A DNA stretch of 64,000 nucleotides from Octopus vulgaris. Taxonomy: Eukaryota. This document shows, in pieces, positions 15,996-29,270 of the stretch. Where the stretch lies: the NCBI GenBank assembly GCA_951406725.2, contig OX597825.1, forward strand, positions 4,960,001-5,024,000. Direction: 5' to 3'. Position 1 is the first letter of the stretch; each line of letters starts with the position of its first letter. Below the pieces are notes generated by a model. That model saw nothing but the letters and a program-made list of their open reading frames with translations, was not told the DNA's origin and made no database searches. A program made the position numbers and the translations under genes.

Positions 15996-16659
15996 ATATG
16001 TATATATTTGCACAAACACTGTTAATGTTTTGTTTCTGTTCTTTTCTTTGCAGTTGTTTATTAGATTAATATTCCGTCACCTGGATAGATAACAGACTTT
16101 TGGAAATTTTGGAATCGTTTCTAAATTCTGTTATCTGTCTTTATTACAGAGTATTGAAACAATAAATAACATCTATAACAAACGTGATCAGATTCACGCG
16201 CAAATATAGATAAAAGAATATGGCTAAATACACAAACGCGTATCTATCTATTTGCCTATGTCTCTCTCTATATATTTCTGTGTATATACATACATACATG
16301 CATACATATTATATATATATTTATATGGAAAATTATATAGATATAGATAGATATTTACTATCTACATACATTTATAGATTTATATATGTACATATATATA
16401 TATACATATTTCTATATACGAATATATACAGATGCACATGTATATATATATATATATATATATACACGCGCACGCACAAATATATGTGTGTGTATTTATA
16501 ATTGTATACATCAATATAAATATAAACATGAACAGTGATACAACCATTCTCATTACTAAAGAGCCACATATACCACATATGGACACACATACACACACAC
16601 ACACACACTCACACACACACATACACACACACACTCACACACACACACACACACACACA

Positions 16660-16701
<42 letters not shown>

Positions 16702-17084
16702 ATATTCACATGCACACATATAGAGAGACATACCGGCAAACAACAATTTGCACAGGTACACGCAAGTGCATACACACACATAAAATATAAAAATTACAGA
16801 CATACAAAAAAAACAGAGACACTCACAGCAGTAATTGAAAAGTTCAGTTTTGAAGTGAAACATTTTTACTAATCAATCAATTGATTAATTAATTAGTTAA
16901 TTAATTAATTAATGATTTTAAAATGAACAAAACTCAGTATGTGTGTGGTGTTTATTGATTGAATGATCCTGTATTATATAAAGCAAAAACAACACAGTAT
17001 AAATTTCAACATACATTTTCCTTTTTTAAAAAAGCTTTTGCGAACAATTTTAAAAAACAAACACAGACACAAAAAAACAGACAG

Positions 17085-17165
<81 letters not shown>

Positions 17166-17399
17166 TGAGACAGACAGACAGAATAATCCTTCATTTGTGA
17201 TACGATTGAAGTTGTGCCATAGATTTTCAACCATGGCTTCCATTTGTTGTAAGCGCATCCATATTGCTAATGAGGTTCTACGGTTTGAGTCGGAAGTGCA
17301 CGGGGTGGAGTCATTCGCTGTCTTTTAGCTCTTAGAAGAGTTTCTGCTTTAGCTTTTAACCTTCAAAAGTACACGAAGTTCTACATGTTACAAGACTCG

Positions 17400-17765
17400 C
17401 TACGTTCTGAGTTCAAATTCTGCAGAGGTCGGCTTTGCCTTTCATCCTTTCGGAGGAGTTGATTAAATAAGTACCTATTTCTTTACTACCCGCAAGGGTC
17501 TAAACACAGAGGGGACAAACAAGGACATACAAACGGATTAAGTCGATTATATCGACCCCAGTGTGTAACTGGTACTTAATTTATCGACGCCGAGAGGATG
17601 AAAGGCAAAGTCGACCTCGGCGGAATTTGAACTCACAACGTAACGGCAGACGAAATACGTCTACGCATTTCGCCCGGCGTGCTAACGATTCTGCCAGCTC
17701 GCCGCCTTTTGATTAAATAAGTACCAGTTACGCACTGAGATCGATGTAATCGACTTAATATGTTT
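17400..17765. mobile_element. SINE A (minus, 17476-17708) nested inside SINE A (plus) with 17-bp target-site duplication
   Basis: ttgattaaataagtacc at 17459-17475 and 17709-17725 flanks a near full-length reverse copy. Confidence 0.85.
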
Positions 17766-18052
17766 GCCTCTCCTCTTTCCCTTCTATCTACTGCCCACAC
17801 GTGAGCCGTGACTAATTTTCCCGTCTCTCTGCCTTTCTCCACCAGACGCTTAGCTTGCCGGTCAACATTTATCTCTTCTCTTGCTATTTCTCTTTCTATA
17901 TCAATTCAGGATTCCTTCCAGGCGTTACCCATCATCCTCGTCTCATCCTCATTTATTCCGACTTCGTCAATCGTTTCAAATTTACATTTGTTTCTTTCGT
18001 TCCTCCACTCTGTACCGTTTGGTAGCTCGAGCCCTAATTCTTCGCCAATTTT

Positions 18053-18145
18053 GCCGGTGCCACTGATGTGCGAAGTTCTCAGTCTTATCGTTAAAGGCAT
18101 GAAACTGAGTATTAGTATTTCGGTCGATAACTGATGAAGACTTAG
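18053..18145 (+). ncRNA. Candidate non-circularly permuted (pseudoknotted) hammerhead ribozyme, GUC cleavage triplet
   Basis: CTCAGT(18078-83)-C-TTATCG(18085-90)..GAA-ACTGAG(18104-09)..CGATAA(18125-30)-CTGATGA(18131-37): 6-bp stem III, 6-bp stem I, intact core. Clamp helix ACTGATG(18062-68)/TATTAGT(18110-16). Stem II pairing is poor in this copy. Confidence 0.7.
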
Positions 18146-18243
18146 GTTCCTCCTATGTGTCTCTTGTGGGCACGTTTTTTAGTATTTAATGCATTTTTCA
18201 TTTATTGAGTAACTGAACGCCACGCATCTCAATTTTTACATAA

Positions 18244-18488
18244 ACTCTTTACTCTTTTACTTGTTTCGGTCATTTGATTGTGGCCATGCTGGAGCACCGC
18301 CTTTAGTCAAGAAAATCGCCCCCATGACTTATTCTATGTAAGCCTCGTACTTAATCTATCGGTCTCTTTTGCCGAACCGCCAAGTAACGGGGACGTAAAC
18401 ACACCAGCATCGGTTGTCAAGTGATGTTGGGGGGAGGGGCACACAAACACACAAACACATGCACACACTCACACACACACACACACGC

Positions 18489-18528
<40 letters not shown>

Positions 18529-18674
18529 GACGGGCTTCTTTGAGTTTCCGCCTACCAAATCCACTCACAAGGCTTTGATCGGCCCGAGAGTATAGTAAGA
18601 AGACACGCAGTGGGACTGAACCCAGAACCATGTGTTGGTAAGCAAGTTACTTACCACACAGCCACTCCTACGCC
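18244..18674 (-). mobile_element. SINE family B, near full length
   Basis: Head ggcgtaggagtggctgtgtggtaag (reverse, at right end), internal (CA)n(TA)n, tail aaaagagtaaagagt; homologous to 38672-39081. Confidence 0.9.
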
Positions 18675-19039
18675 TATTGATAGGTATTACATCCTCACAA
18701 GCATGTGTGTACGGCCACTAATGTACATTCAAGTTTCCCCTGCTGAACTACAATCGTCAGGTGACTTGCGTGTCGAGAAACAGCATACGATGATTACAAT
18801 TCGACATGAAATTCGAAGTCGCTCAAAAGTAACAGACTCCACCTATGGCACAACGTTAGATATTCACAATATCTCACTTATCATATACTCATTATTTCAC
18901 CGTTAATACTATTCGCAAACAGAATATAAATAATACTGGTGCAAGAGTAGATTCCCAAAGGCGACTACGTTAATTTATCTGTGTAATGTACTTTTAAATA
19001 AAGCACAACTTTTCTCCAATTTGCATTATGTTATAGAAG

Positions 19040-19156
<117 letters not shown>

Positions 19157-19177
19157 ATATATCTATCTATCTATATA

Positions 19178-19221
<44 letters not shown>

Positions 19222-19277
19222 TATATAAATATATACACATATATATATATATATATATATATATCTAAGTTTATCTA

Positions 19278-19324
<47 letters not shown>

Positions 19325-19576
19325 ATATATTTATATACATATATATACCACATAACATATGTATGTGCGTGTGTACGTTATATGTGTATATATCTATATA
19401 TGACTATATATATATATATAAACATATATATATACGCGATATTGAAGTGAGTATATGCATGTGAGATTGTGTGTGCGTGCGTGCGTACGTGCGTGTGTGT
19501 GTGTGTGTGTGTGATGCGTGTGTGTGTGTGATGCGTGAGTGTGTGTGAGTGTGATACATGTGTATGTGTGTGTGTG

Positions 19577-19633
<57 letters not shown>

Positions 19634-19910
19634 TTTGGTATTGTATATTGGTGATAAAATGGATTTTCCAGAACTTTTGAACTAAACTGTTCTGCAGTAT
19701 TTGTATAGCTCTGCTTCGAAAAATCTTATACTTTCTGCCGAAATCCTTCAACTGACAATGGCTAAAACTCTGTGAGGGATTACAGAACCATCAGAAGAAG
19801 TAAATAAATGAATAAATAGATAAATAAATAAATAAAAAGCAGTTTAACCCTTTACCTGTCATGGTTTATGGTAATATATTATACGCAAAATTATTATATC
19901 ACATTGCAAA

Positions 19911-20500
19911 GGTGGCAGGCTGGCAGAAACGTTAGCACGCCGGCCGAAATGCTTAGCGGTATTTTGTCTGCCGTTACATTCTGAGTTCAAATTCCGCAGA
20001 GGTCGACTTTGCCTTTCATCCTTTCGGGGTCGATTAGATAAGTACCAGTTACGCACTAGGGTCGATATAATCGACTTAACCTTGTTTGTCTCCTAGGTGT
20101 TTAACCCCTTGTGGGTAATAAAGAAATAGGTATTTCGTCTGGTGTTACGTTCTGAGTTCAAATTCCGCTGAGGTCGACTTTGCCTTTCGTCCTTTTGGGG
20201 TCGATAAATTAAGTACCAGTGAAACACTGGGGTCGATCTAATCGACTAGTACCCTCCCCCAAAATTTCCGGCCTTTTGATTTTTGTAGAAAGGATTATAT
20301 TATATTGCAAAGCAGCGAGTTGGCACGATCGTTAGCACGCCGAGCAACATACTTAGCAGCATCCACTCGTCTTTACGTTTCGAGTTCAAATGGCACTGAC
20401 GTCGATTTACCTTTCCTTCTTTCGAGGTCTATCAAATAAATAACAGTCAAGTACTGGTGGGGGTCGATGTAACTTTTATCCATTCCTACGAAATTTGAAA
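19911..20500 (+). mobile_element. SINE family A dimeric copy plus adjacent older copy
   Basis: Head ggtggcaggctggcagaaacgttagcacgcc, two cores, then a degenerate third unit from about 20310. Confidence 0.85.
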
Positions 20501-20575
20501 CCCATTATTATATCACATTGCATTGTGTGTGTGTATGTATATATATATATAATATAGGACAATCACTTAATTGAT

Positions 20576-20717
20576 ATAATAAAACTCAGAGTTTCGGATG
20601 TCGGGGCTGAAGCCTGCTCTGGCATCTCATCAGTTATTAAGCGTTTTTGTATTAATAACTGATGAGGTATCGGAGCAGACTTTTGCCCCGGCATCTGAAA
20701 CTATGAGTTTTATTATG
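20576..20717. ncRNA. Inverted pair of type I hammerhead ribozyme motifs
   Basis: Plus arm: taataa-CTGATGA-ggtatcgg..ccggcatct-GAAAC-tatga-GTT-ttatta. Minus arm: taataa-CTGATGA-gatgcc..gacatcc-GAAAC-tctga-GTT-ttatta. Stem I taataa/ttatta in both. Confidence 0.7.
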
Positions 20718-20842
20718 ACAATGAACTAACTGTCACATTATATATTTATAGATAAATTCCTCTATTTACATGACACTTTGCTGAGCTCTAAAACTAGGTT
20801 ATTTGTATCACTACACCTAAGCGAAATAAGAATATATATATG

Positions 20843-21640
20843 TACAGGAAGCGAGGGGTAAATCGTCGCCATTTTTTTTAATTTCGCGCATGCGCATTGC
20901 TTGCTTTTCATTTTGTTGACTATATAGTATTGAAAGGTCAGTTGGGCACCGTCTGTGAGAGAAACAGCACTATGACGCAATTCAATCTGCAAGAAATTTG
21001 GAAACGACATACTGTACTGCTTGGAATTAGAGCTGGAAGCTCCAATACAAACATTTCAGAGTATTTGGGTGTCAATCTCAAGAGAGAGCAGTCTGAGGAC
21101 ATGTTGCGAGAGTGATCAAAATCAAACATCCAGTGAACATCATGGTGTTTGGAGTGATCACCAGTGATAGCTACGTCATGCCTCCATTCCTCTACCCACA
21201 CAGCCTCAGACTCAACACGGAGGCCTTCATCAAGTGCTTGGAGGAGGTAGTGCTGCATTGGTTCAAGAGGGTGGCTGCTGGAAGACCTTATGTCTGGCAA
21301 AAGGACTCTGCACCATGCCACAAAAGCAAAGAACCCAGTCATGGCTGTCAGACAATTTCTGCGATCACATCACCCCTAACATCTGGACACCTAACCCCCC
21401 AAACTGCAACCCTCTAATTATTATGTGTGGGGCGCAGATGAACGAGAGACTAACAAAATTCCTTGTTACACCAAAAACGAACTGAACGCAAGAATTATGG
21501 CAGCATTAACCAACTTAAAGAATGAGACCATCGAGAAGAGTTGCAGGAGATTCCAAAGTCGTCTGGATGCCGTGGTTGTAGCCAATGGCGATTTCATTGA
21601 ATAAATTCACTATTTAGTATTTCAAGATATTTTAATGTAA
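20843..21640 (+). mobile_element. Internally deleted Tc1/mariner (DD37D/maT-like) transposon, transposase pseudogene
   Basis: TA plus caggaagcgaggggtaaatcgtcgcc terminus; ATG 20972 (MTQFNLQEIWKRH..) joined to KHPVNIMVFGVITSD..YVWQKDSAPCH..WTPNPPNCNPL..YVWG..ANGDFIE* (stop 21602-21604); frameshifts. Confidence 0.9.
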
Positions 21641-22484
21641 TTTTAGTATATATACCAGTGGTATACTAGAGTCGATCTAATCGATCGGCCCCTTCTCCAA
21701 AAATTTCGAACCTTGTGCTTAAGAGAAGAAAAGAATATGGAAACTAGTTCTTCATAGACAGTTTTAACATTGGCCTGTTAAAATGGGTCCGATAAATCAA
21801 AAACAATATATATATACCTGAGAGAGATCATATGTAGTATAATATATATATAAACAGAGCCTAAGTGGGCTGTCAACCGGAAAGTATAATAACATACATT
21901 AAAATAAACATACATCTTCTTTATTTTCTGTTTATTTTAATATTTTCGTTTGCCAAAATTTTATTTTCCACGTGTCATTCTGTGTAACGCACATATATAG
22001 CATATATATATGCGTACACACACCTCCACAGAAGCATATACACATATACACACATATAACATTGCACAATAGATATTATATATATGTATATATATATATA
22101 TATATAGATAGATATACTCGCAACGTCCATACATATGCATACACACATACACACAAACACACACACACATACACACACACATATGTATGTAAGTATGTAT
22201 ACATGATTGTGTGTGTGTAAGTGTATGTGGTGAGGTATTACTGTGTTTTACTATGCATAAGTATCTATCACTCTATCTGCTTATCAATCTCTGTCTCTGT
22301 CTGACTCTCTCTCTCTCTCTCTCTTTTTCTCCTTATGTCTGTGTTTGTGTGTGCGTGAGTGTGTGCGTGCTTGTGTGTGTGTGTGTGTATGTGTGTGTGC
22401 GTGTGTGTGCGTATGTCCTGTTCGGCAGATAAAGTGAGATGAGAAGAAATTGTCTAATGGTAATATATTTTTTAGATTTAGTGT

Positions 22485-22487
<3 letters not shown>

Positions 22488-22534
<47 letters not shown>

Positions 22535-22735
22535 GACAGAGACAGACTTACAGACAGACAGACAGACAGAGAAAGAAAGAGACAGACAGACAAGCAGATA
22601 GAGTGACAGAGAGAGAGAGAGAGAGAGGGGAAAGAGAGAAAACAATGAGAGTAAGAGTGAAGGATAGAGAGAAAGAAGCAGTGAGTCATACAGACAGAGA
22701 GACAGAGAGACAGAGAGAGAGAGAAAGAGAAAGAG

Positions 22736-22793
<58 letters not shown>

Positions 22794-23430
22794 GAAGAAA
22801 GATAGTTAGATAGATAGAAGGAAAGAAAGGAAGAAAGAAAGAAAGAGATGGGGAGAGATAACGAGACAGAGGCGTAGGGGATCAGAGCGAGACAGGGGTT
22901 TAAGGAAGGTATCGAAAGATTAGGGGTGAGATGGAAAGTGACAGAAGTGAAAAGAGAGAGGTGAAGCCTGGGAAGAAAGAGAGAGAGGGAGGAGAAAGAG
23001 AAAAGGTGAGAGAGAGAGAGTGTGTTAAAAGGGAGTGAAAGAAAGATGGAGAGAAAGAGAGAGAGGGGGAGTGTGAGCGAGAGCTAGACAGGGAGAGAAA
23101 GCGAGGGAACGAATAAGTGGCTGAGAGTAAGCGAGAGGGGGAAGAGTGATGGAGGGAGAAAGAGGGAAGGATAGATAGAGAGAGGGAGAGAAAGAGAGAA
23201 AAGGAAGGAGGTGAGTGAGAGCCAGAGAGGGAGAGGAAAAGAGACGGGACGAATAAAAGGCTGAGATAAAGAGAGATGGAGGAAGAGAGAGGGGGAAAGA
23301 GGGAGAAGAGCTAGACAGATTGCTAGACGGTGAGAAAGAGAGAGACAGAGAGACAGAGAGAGACAGAGACAGAGACAGAGACAGACAGACAGAGAGAGAG
23401 AGAGAGAGAGGAAAATCTATCGAGAGAGAA
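22488..23430. repeat. About 0.9-kb polypurine (GA/GACA/GAAA) low-complexity tract
   Basis: Directly visible. Confidence 0.9.
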
Positions 23431-23707
23431 AACGAAAGGAAATCAATGCAATGGAGAAATAGTGTGAGAGAATGCGATGTGTCAGTGTGTAGGTGTGTGT
23501 AGGTGTTTGTGTCATGTGTGTGCGTGTGTGTGTGTATTGTATGCGTGTTTGTGTATATGTCTGTATATATATATCTGTGTAAGTGAGCGTATATGTGTAT
23601 GCGACACGGTTTGAAAGTAAAAGTATTAAAAAAAAATACGTGAGTTGTGTTAAAGACACAGCAGAAAAAAACGAAGAGATGGAGGTGGAAGAATAAGGGC
23701 GTATAGA

Positions 23708-23912
<205 letters not shown>

Positions 23913-24849
23913 ACAAAAGCAGAGACACAAAAAAGTACAGAGGGATTGTAGGTGGTTAAACAGAGGGTGGTGGTTAAACCAGTAAAAGGGCGAGGCGAGA
24001 AAATAAAGTGCTGGTCGGAAAGAAGCGGAAAGGGGCGGAAATAGGTGATGTTTGCAAACTGCAGCCTCTGGAATATGAGTGAAAGCATTCTGTAATGTCA
24101 TATTGACCTCTGCACGGCAATGGCTCTGTGCATACATGTGACAGAGGGAGGTATGGCTTAGGCAACGTGTGACGATGCAAGGGCGTTGCTCTTTATGGTG
24201 TATGGAGATGTGTATGGGTATGTTTGTCTCCAAGAATGAGTTTGTGGGTGTAAAACGAATGTATATTGTTTCGTGGAGCAACGAGTTGCATTGTTTTACA
24301 TAATGCCTGGCCGATTCTCTTTATTTTTGTCGCTATATTTATTACTAAATATAGGTGTGTATATAAATGTGTGCGAATATATATATATGTATATACCCGT
24401 AGGTGTGTGTGTATAAAATAAGAATCTATTATTATTTATGCACACACACACACACACACACACCTGTTTTTTATTAGTTTTGATCATTGGATGGTGACCA
24501 TGCCGAGAAACCGCCTTGAAGGTTTCAGTTGAACACATCGACTCCACAAGTAAATTTTTAAATCAAAAATACTTATTCTATCAGTCTTATTTATTTTTGT
24601 TGCATATAAACCAACACCGGTTCTCAAGTGGTGGTGGTGGTGGTGGTGGTGGTGATGGTGGTGGTGGGTTGGGGTTGCGGTGGAGCAAAACAAACACAAA
24701 CACACAGAAGGTGGTGAAATTGTAAGGATCTTTTGGAAGTTGACCGATGAGGAATTAACTAAGAACTTTCTGTTTGGTATGCTTTTGTAAAATTTTCCGT
24801 TTGTTGCGTTTTTGTACAACTTTTAATATATATATATATATATATAACA

Positions 24850-25456
24850 TACTGGGAGAAAGGAAAGAAACGAAACGAAACGACGCGAGGGCGCTCAGTC
24901 ATACAATAATGTAATAAATAAAATATATGCATACATACATACATATATGTACGTACCTACATCTACATGTATATATACATGCATATATAAATATATATAT
25001 GTGAGTACAGGACACCACAAATAGACGTAGAACTCAACGAGAAACGAAAACATAAAAAAAAGGGAACGGACTTTTTTTAACAACGAAAAAACAGAACACA
25101 GGACAAACAACACAAGGAACATTCCCCTTCATCCGCTGTCCCCGGTTTGACTCAATGCGTGTTTCGAAGGTTTCTTATTTCCTGCGCTCCGAATTTTTTC
25201 CTCGTCTAGGCTAAAAAAGGCCCTCAATGTTTGTTTTTTTGGTCCTGTTTTTATTCTTTATGTGTACTGTATTTTTTTATATTTGTATTTTTATTTTGTA
25301 TTCGTATTTTTATTTGTATTTTTATTTGTATTGCTTTTACGTCCTGTTCTTGTCACATTTTTTTCTTTCCTTGTTTTTACCCCTCTGCAAGGGAATTTTA
25401 TTTAATTCCCTCGCAGGAAGGACCAGTCCGACGAGCGTGTTCTGTCCTTACCTTCG
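24850..25456. mobile_element. Ribozyme-bearing repeat (same family as 51793-52375), internally inverted copy
   Basis: About 24905-25171 is colinear with about 51793-52116; about 25172-25456 is the reverse complement of about 52110-52375. Confidence 0.85.
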
Positions 25457-25620
25457 CGCGCACACACACACACACATAGAAACGTGTATTTGCATATCTA
25501 ACTCTTAACTTTCTCGTCTCTATATTGCAGCGTCTGTTTCTCTCTTAACTCTATTTATTCTCTCGTTTTCTTCTTCCTCTTTCTCTCTCTTCTCTCGTTC
25601 TCTTCTTCTGCTCTTCCTCT

Positions 25621-25672
<52 letters not shown>

Positions 25673-25749
25673 ACAGCAGCTAACTCTATTTCGTTTTATC
25701 TATTTATCCGTCTAACAAAAGACAGGGTCTTACATATGTAATATAACAA

Positions 25750-25945
25750 TTTCAAATTTTGTCACAAGAGCAGCAATTTTAAGTAGGATGGGGTGGCTTG
25801 GGAATTATTCTATTACAACGACCCCAGTTTTCAACTGGTACTTATTTTATTGACCCCCAGAATGAGGAAAGGCAAAGTCGACCTCGGCGATTTTCGAACT
25901 CAGAACGTAAAGACGGACGAAATGCCGCTAAGTATTTTGCCACCT
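25750..25945 (-). mobile_element. SINE family A copy
   Basis: ctggtacttattttattgaccccc..ggcaaagtcgacctcggcg..gaactcagaacgtaaagacggacgaaatgccgctaag. Confidence 0.85.
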
Positions 25946-27215
25946 TACGACATACGCGATATAATAATGAATAGAAAAAGCTGTGATAAACTAAGATACA
26001 ACAGCCAATTAGCCCTCAAAAACATGGAAGTGACCCCATAGGTAATTTTTGTGTTGAGACCATTTTTTTAATACAAAAAATTATTTCATGTAAATCTACT
26101 GTATTGTAGATTAATGCGATATCTTGAACTCGTTGTCCTAAAATGTTCGTAAAAGAATTTTTAGTTTTAAGTCTGGGCTTTAAATCTCAAAAAGTTTCCG
26201 TGAAAATATTGACTGGATCGCTTTGGTCCTGTCAGTAGTGTGTCTTATTTTGGAGATAAAAATAATAAAATCGTATTAAGAAATGTGTTCTTGAGTTTAT
26301 CTTAGTGTTCCAGAACTTCTGACACATTTAACCAGCTGTTCGGTGAAATTGGACACGATGACCAATGGCAGATTTTTCAAGTGAAAAAAATCCACGATTC
26401 AAACAGTAGTACAAACTCTAAACTAGACGTTAATTGCTTAAAATATTGGTGATGAACAACCTGAAGAAATGATTTCAGTGTCCAAAAGATATGAAAAGCA
26501 GGTAATTCACGAGGATTTCGCAGGTTTTAAAATAAGCGTAGGAGTAACAGTGAAAATATCTGACTTTTGCATATGAAAGCCACAGAGATGAAACAGTTTC
26601 GGGCTTGAACTGTGTGAATTAATTTTGGGGTTTTGTATATATTTTTCAATGAAAATTTTGACTTGGTCCAGTGTGGTCACCTTCATACGTGTATGCAAGC
26701 TTTTTTTCACTTTTATCAACTGTTGATATAAAAAAGAATTCCATCATAGGATTGTTTAAAATTTAAAATTTGAAAAATCAATATAACAAGGGAGATAATT
26801 GCAGCCAAAGGAAATTTTGGTGGAAATAAGTTGAAGCAGACGATAAACAGATCTGGGTTTATCTATCTACACCCGAAGATTTCATTTTCTTCACTTTTGT
26901 CTTTCTGTGTCAAGATCTGTACACGGTCAGCTTCTCCCATAAGATTTTTTTTTCTTCAACTCTCCTTCTACTCTTATGCATTTCATACCTCCCCCTCCTC
27001 CTTCTCTTCCGCTGATATTTGCTCCCCTTTTTTACCTTTTTATCCTTCTCCCATCCTTCTTCTTCTTCATCATCTCCTCCTCTTCCTCCTCCCTCTCTTC
27101 TTACCATAATTCATCTTCCACATTTCTACCTCCCTTCTCTTCACATCTCCTTTTCCAGTTCTTTTCACTTACCTTTCTTCTTTTTCTCCTCGTTCCCTCC
27201 CTCACACAACCGCTT

Positions 27216-27269
27216 TTCATCATCATCATCATCTTCATCATCATCATCATCACCATCACCATCATCATC

Positions 27270-27320
<51 letters not shown>

Positions 27321-27500
27321 TTCTTCTTCTTCTTCTTTTTCTTCTTCTTCCAATTCTTCTTTTTCTTCTTCTTCCATTCTTCTTCTTCTTCTTCTTCTTC
27401 CTTCTTCTTTTCCTTCTTCTTCGTTTCCTTCTTCTTCTTCTTCTTCTTCTTCTTCTTCTTCTTCTTCTTCTTCTTCTTCTTCTTCTCCTCCTCCTCCTTC
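27216..27500. repeat. (CAT)n/(CTT)n compound microsatellite within a polypyrimidine tract
   Basis: Directly visible. Confidence 0.95.
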
Positions 27501-27603
27501 TTCCATATTCTCCCTCTTTCACCCTCTCACTGTCTATATTTTTTACTCCGTTATTCCTCTCCCAGTCTCTCCAATATTCTTCTATTTCTCTTTCATTCTC
27601 ACT

Positions 27604-27648
<45 letters not shown>

Positions 27649-27835
27649 CTTCAACTTCTCACTCTCTCTCTTACTAGCAACAAATCTCTTCATCCCTTCT
27701 CTCTCTCTCTCTCACTTCACCTTCCTTCCGTCTTTCCATTCTTCCTTCCTTAATTCTTTCCCTCTTCATTTTGGTTACGTTACTAAATTCACACATTCTC
27801 TCCATCTTATATTCTATTTGCTGTATATCCAATAT

Positions 27836-27905
<70 letters not shown>

Positions 27906-28650
27906 GGCGGTGCCCCAGCATGGCCACCTCTCGTGAGCTGAAACTAGATAAAATTTAAAAAACATAAATGTATATTTATACATACATATGAAAATATATC
28001 TGAATCTATCTATCTATCTATCTCCCCCTCTCTCTCTCTCTTTCTCTCTCTCTCTCTGTCTCTCTCTGTGTCTCTGTCTCTCTCGGTAATATTTATATAT
28101 GCATATGTTATATATATAAACGTGTGTGTATATGAGTGTAAGTGTTTTTATGTGCAAACGTATGTTTGTCATCGCGAATCTTTGTGTATCAGTCTGTTCA
28201 TCTGTCTGCCTGTCTGTCTGTCTGTCTCTCCCTCTTCCCCCTGTCTCTGTCCCTCTTTGTCTGTCTATCCCTCTCTCCCTCTTTCTCACCATCTGTCTGT
28301 CTCTCCTCCTCTCTCGCAATCTATCTTTTTTCTTTCTCTACCTATCTCATATTCTGTTGTTCACATCTTTCAATCATATTTTCGTTCTCTCATCTCTCAA
28401 TTTCCACTAACACACAGACACAGACACAGACACGGACACACACAGACACACACAAACACACACACACGCACACACACATACACACACACCTGTCTGGCTG
28501 TCTCAGTCAATGTCTCTCGTTCATATTATGGCACTGTGACCTTCAGTGAAGTCATTAAGTATTAACTATCGATCCCCACCCCCACCCACGCAACCTCACT
28601 ACCAACACCTACAACCATTAGTTACTCACACATACTCCCTCACTCTGCAT

Positions 28651-28695
<45 letters not shown>

Positions 28696-28734
28696 GCTCT
28701 CTCTGACGCTCTCTCTCTCTCTCTCTTTCTCTCA

Positions 28735-28770
<36 letters not shown>

Positions 28771-28866
28771 TTGTTTGTGTATACATGTATATATTCAGCT
28801 TTACCTCTCTCCTTCTTTCTCTCACCTCTCTCTCTCTCTTTGTCTCTCTCTCTATATATACATATA

Positions 28867-28925
<59 letters not shown>

Positions 28926-28929
28926 CCAT

Positions 28930-28974
<45 letters not shown>

Positions 28975-28986
28975 CATACATGCACG

Positions 28987-29017
<31 letters not shown>

Positions 29018-29029
29018 TCTTTTATGTTT

Positions 29030-29270
29030 TGTGTCAGTCTATGAACTGCGGCCATGCTGGGGTACCGCCTCGAAAGAGTTTTAATCGAACAAATCGGCAA
29101 CTGCTTATTTTGGCGAATCGCTAAGTAACAGGGATATAATCAAACCAACACAGGTTTTCAAGGGACTATAGTAGAAGACACTAACTCAAGGTGCCACGCA
29201 ACTCAAGGTGCCACGCAACTCAAGGTGCCACCAAGAGGTTGGAAAACAAACTTCTTACCCCTCAGCCAAA
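29030..29270 (-). mobile_element. Deleted SINE family B copy with a 17-bp internal tandem repeat (about 2.8 units)
   Basis: ctgcggccatgctggggtaccgcc..gtagaagacac; actcaaggtgccacgca repeated at 29184-29230. Confidence 0.75.

Noticed and set aside
17780-18134. Long near-open reading frames on both strands
   Set aside because: No recognisable protein; better explained as the pyrimidine-rich leader and ribozyme of a non-coding repeat.
26976-27677. 233-aa and 209-aa ORFs
   Set aside because: Stop-poor polypyrimidine and trinucleotide repeats, not genes.
29184-29230. 17-bp direct repeats resembling a mini CRISPR array
   Set aside because: No spacers; slippage duplication inside a SINE; eukaryotic DNA with no cas genes.
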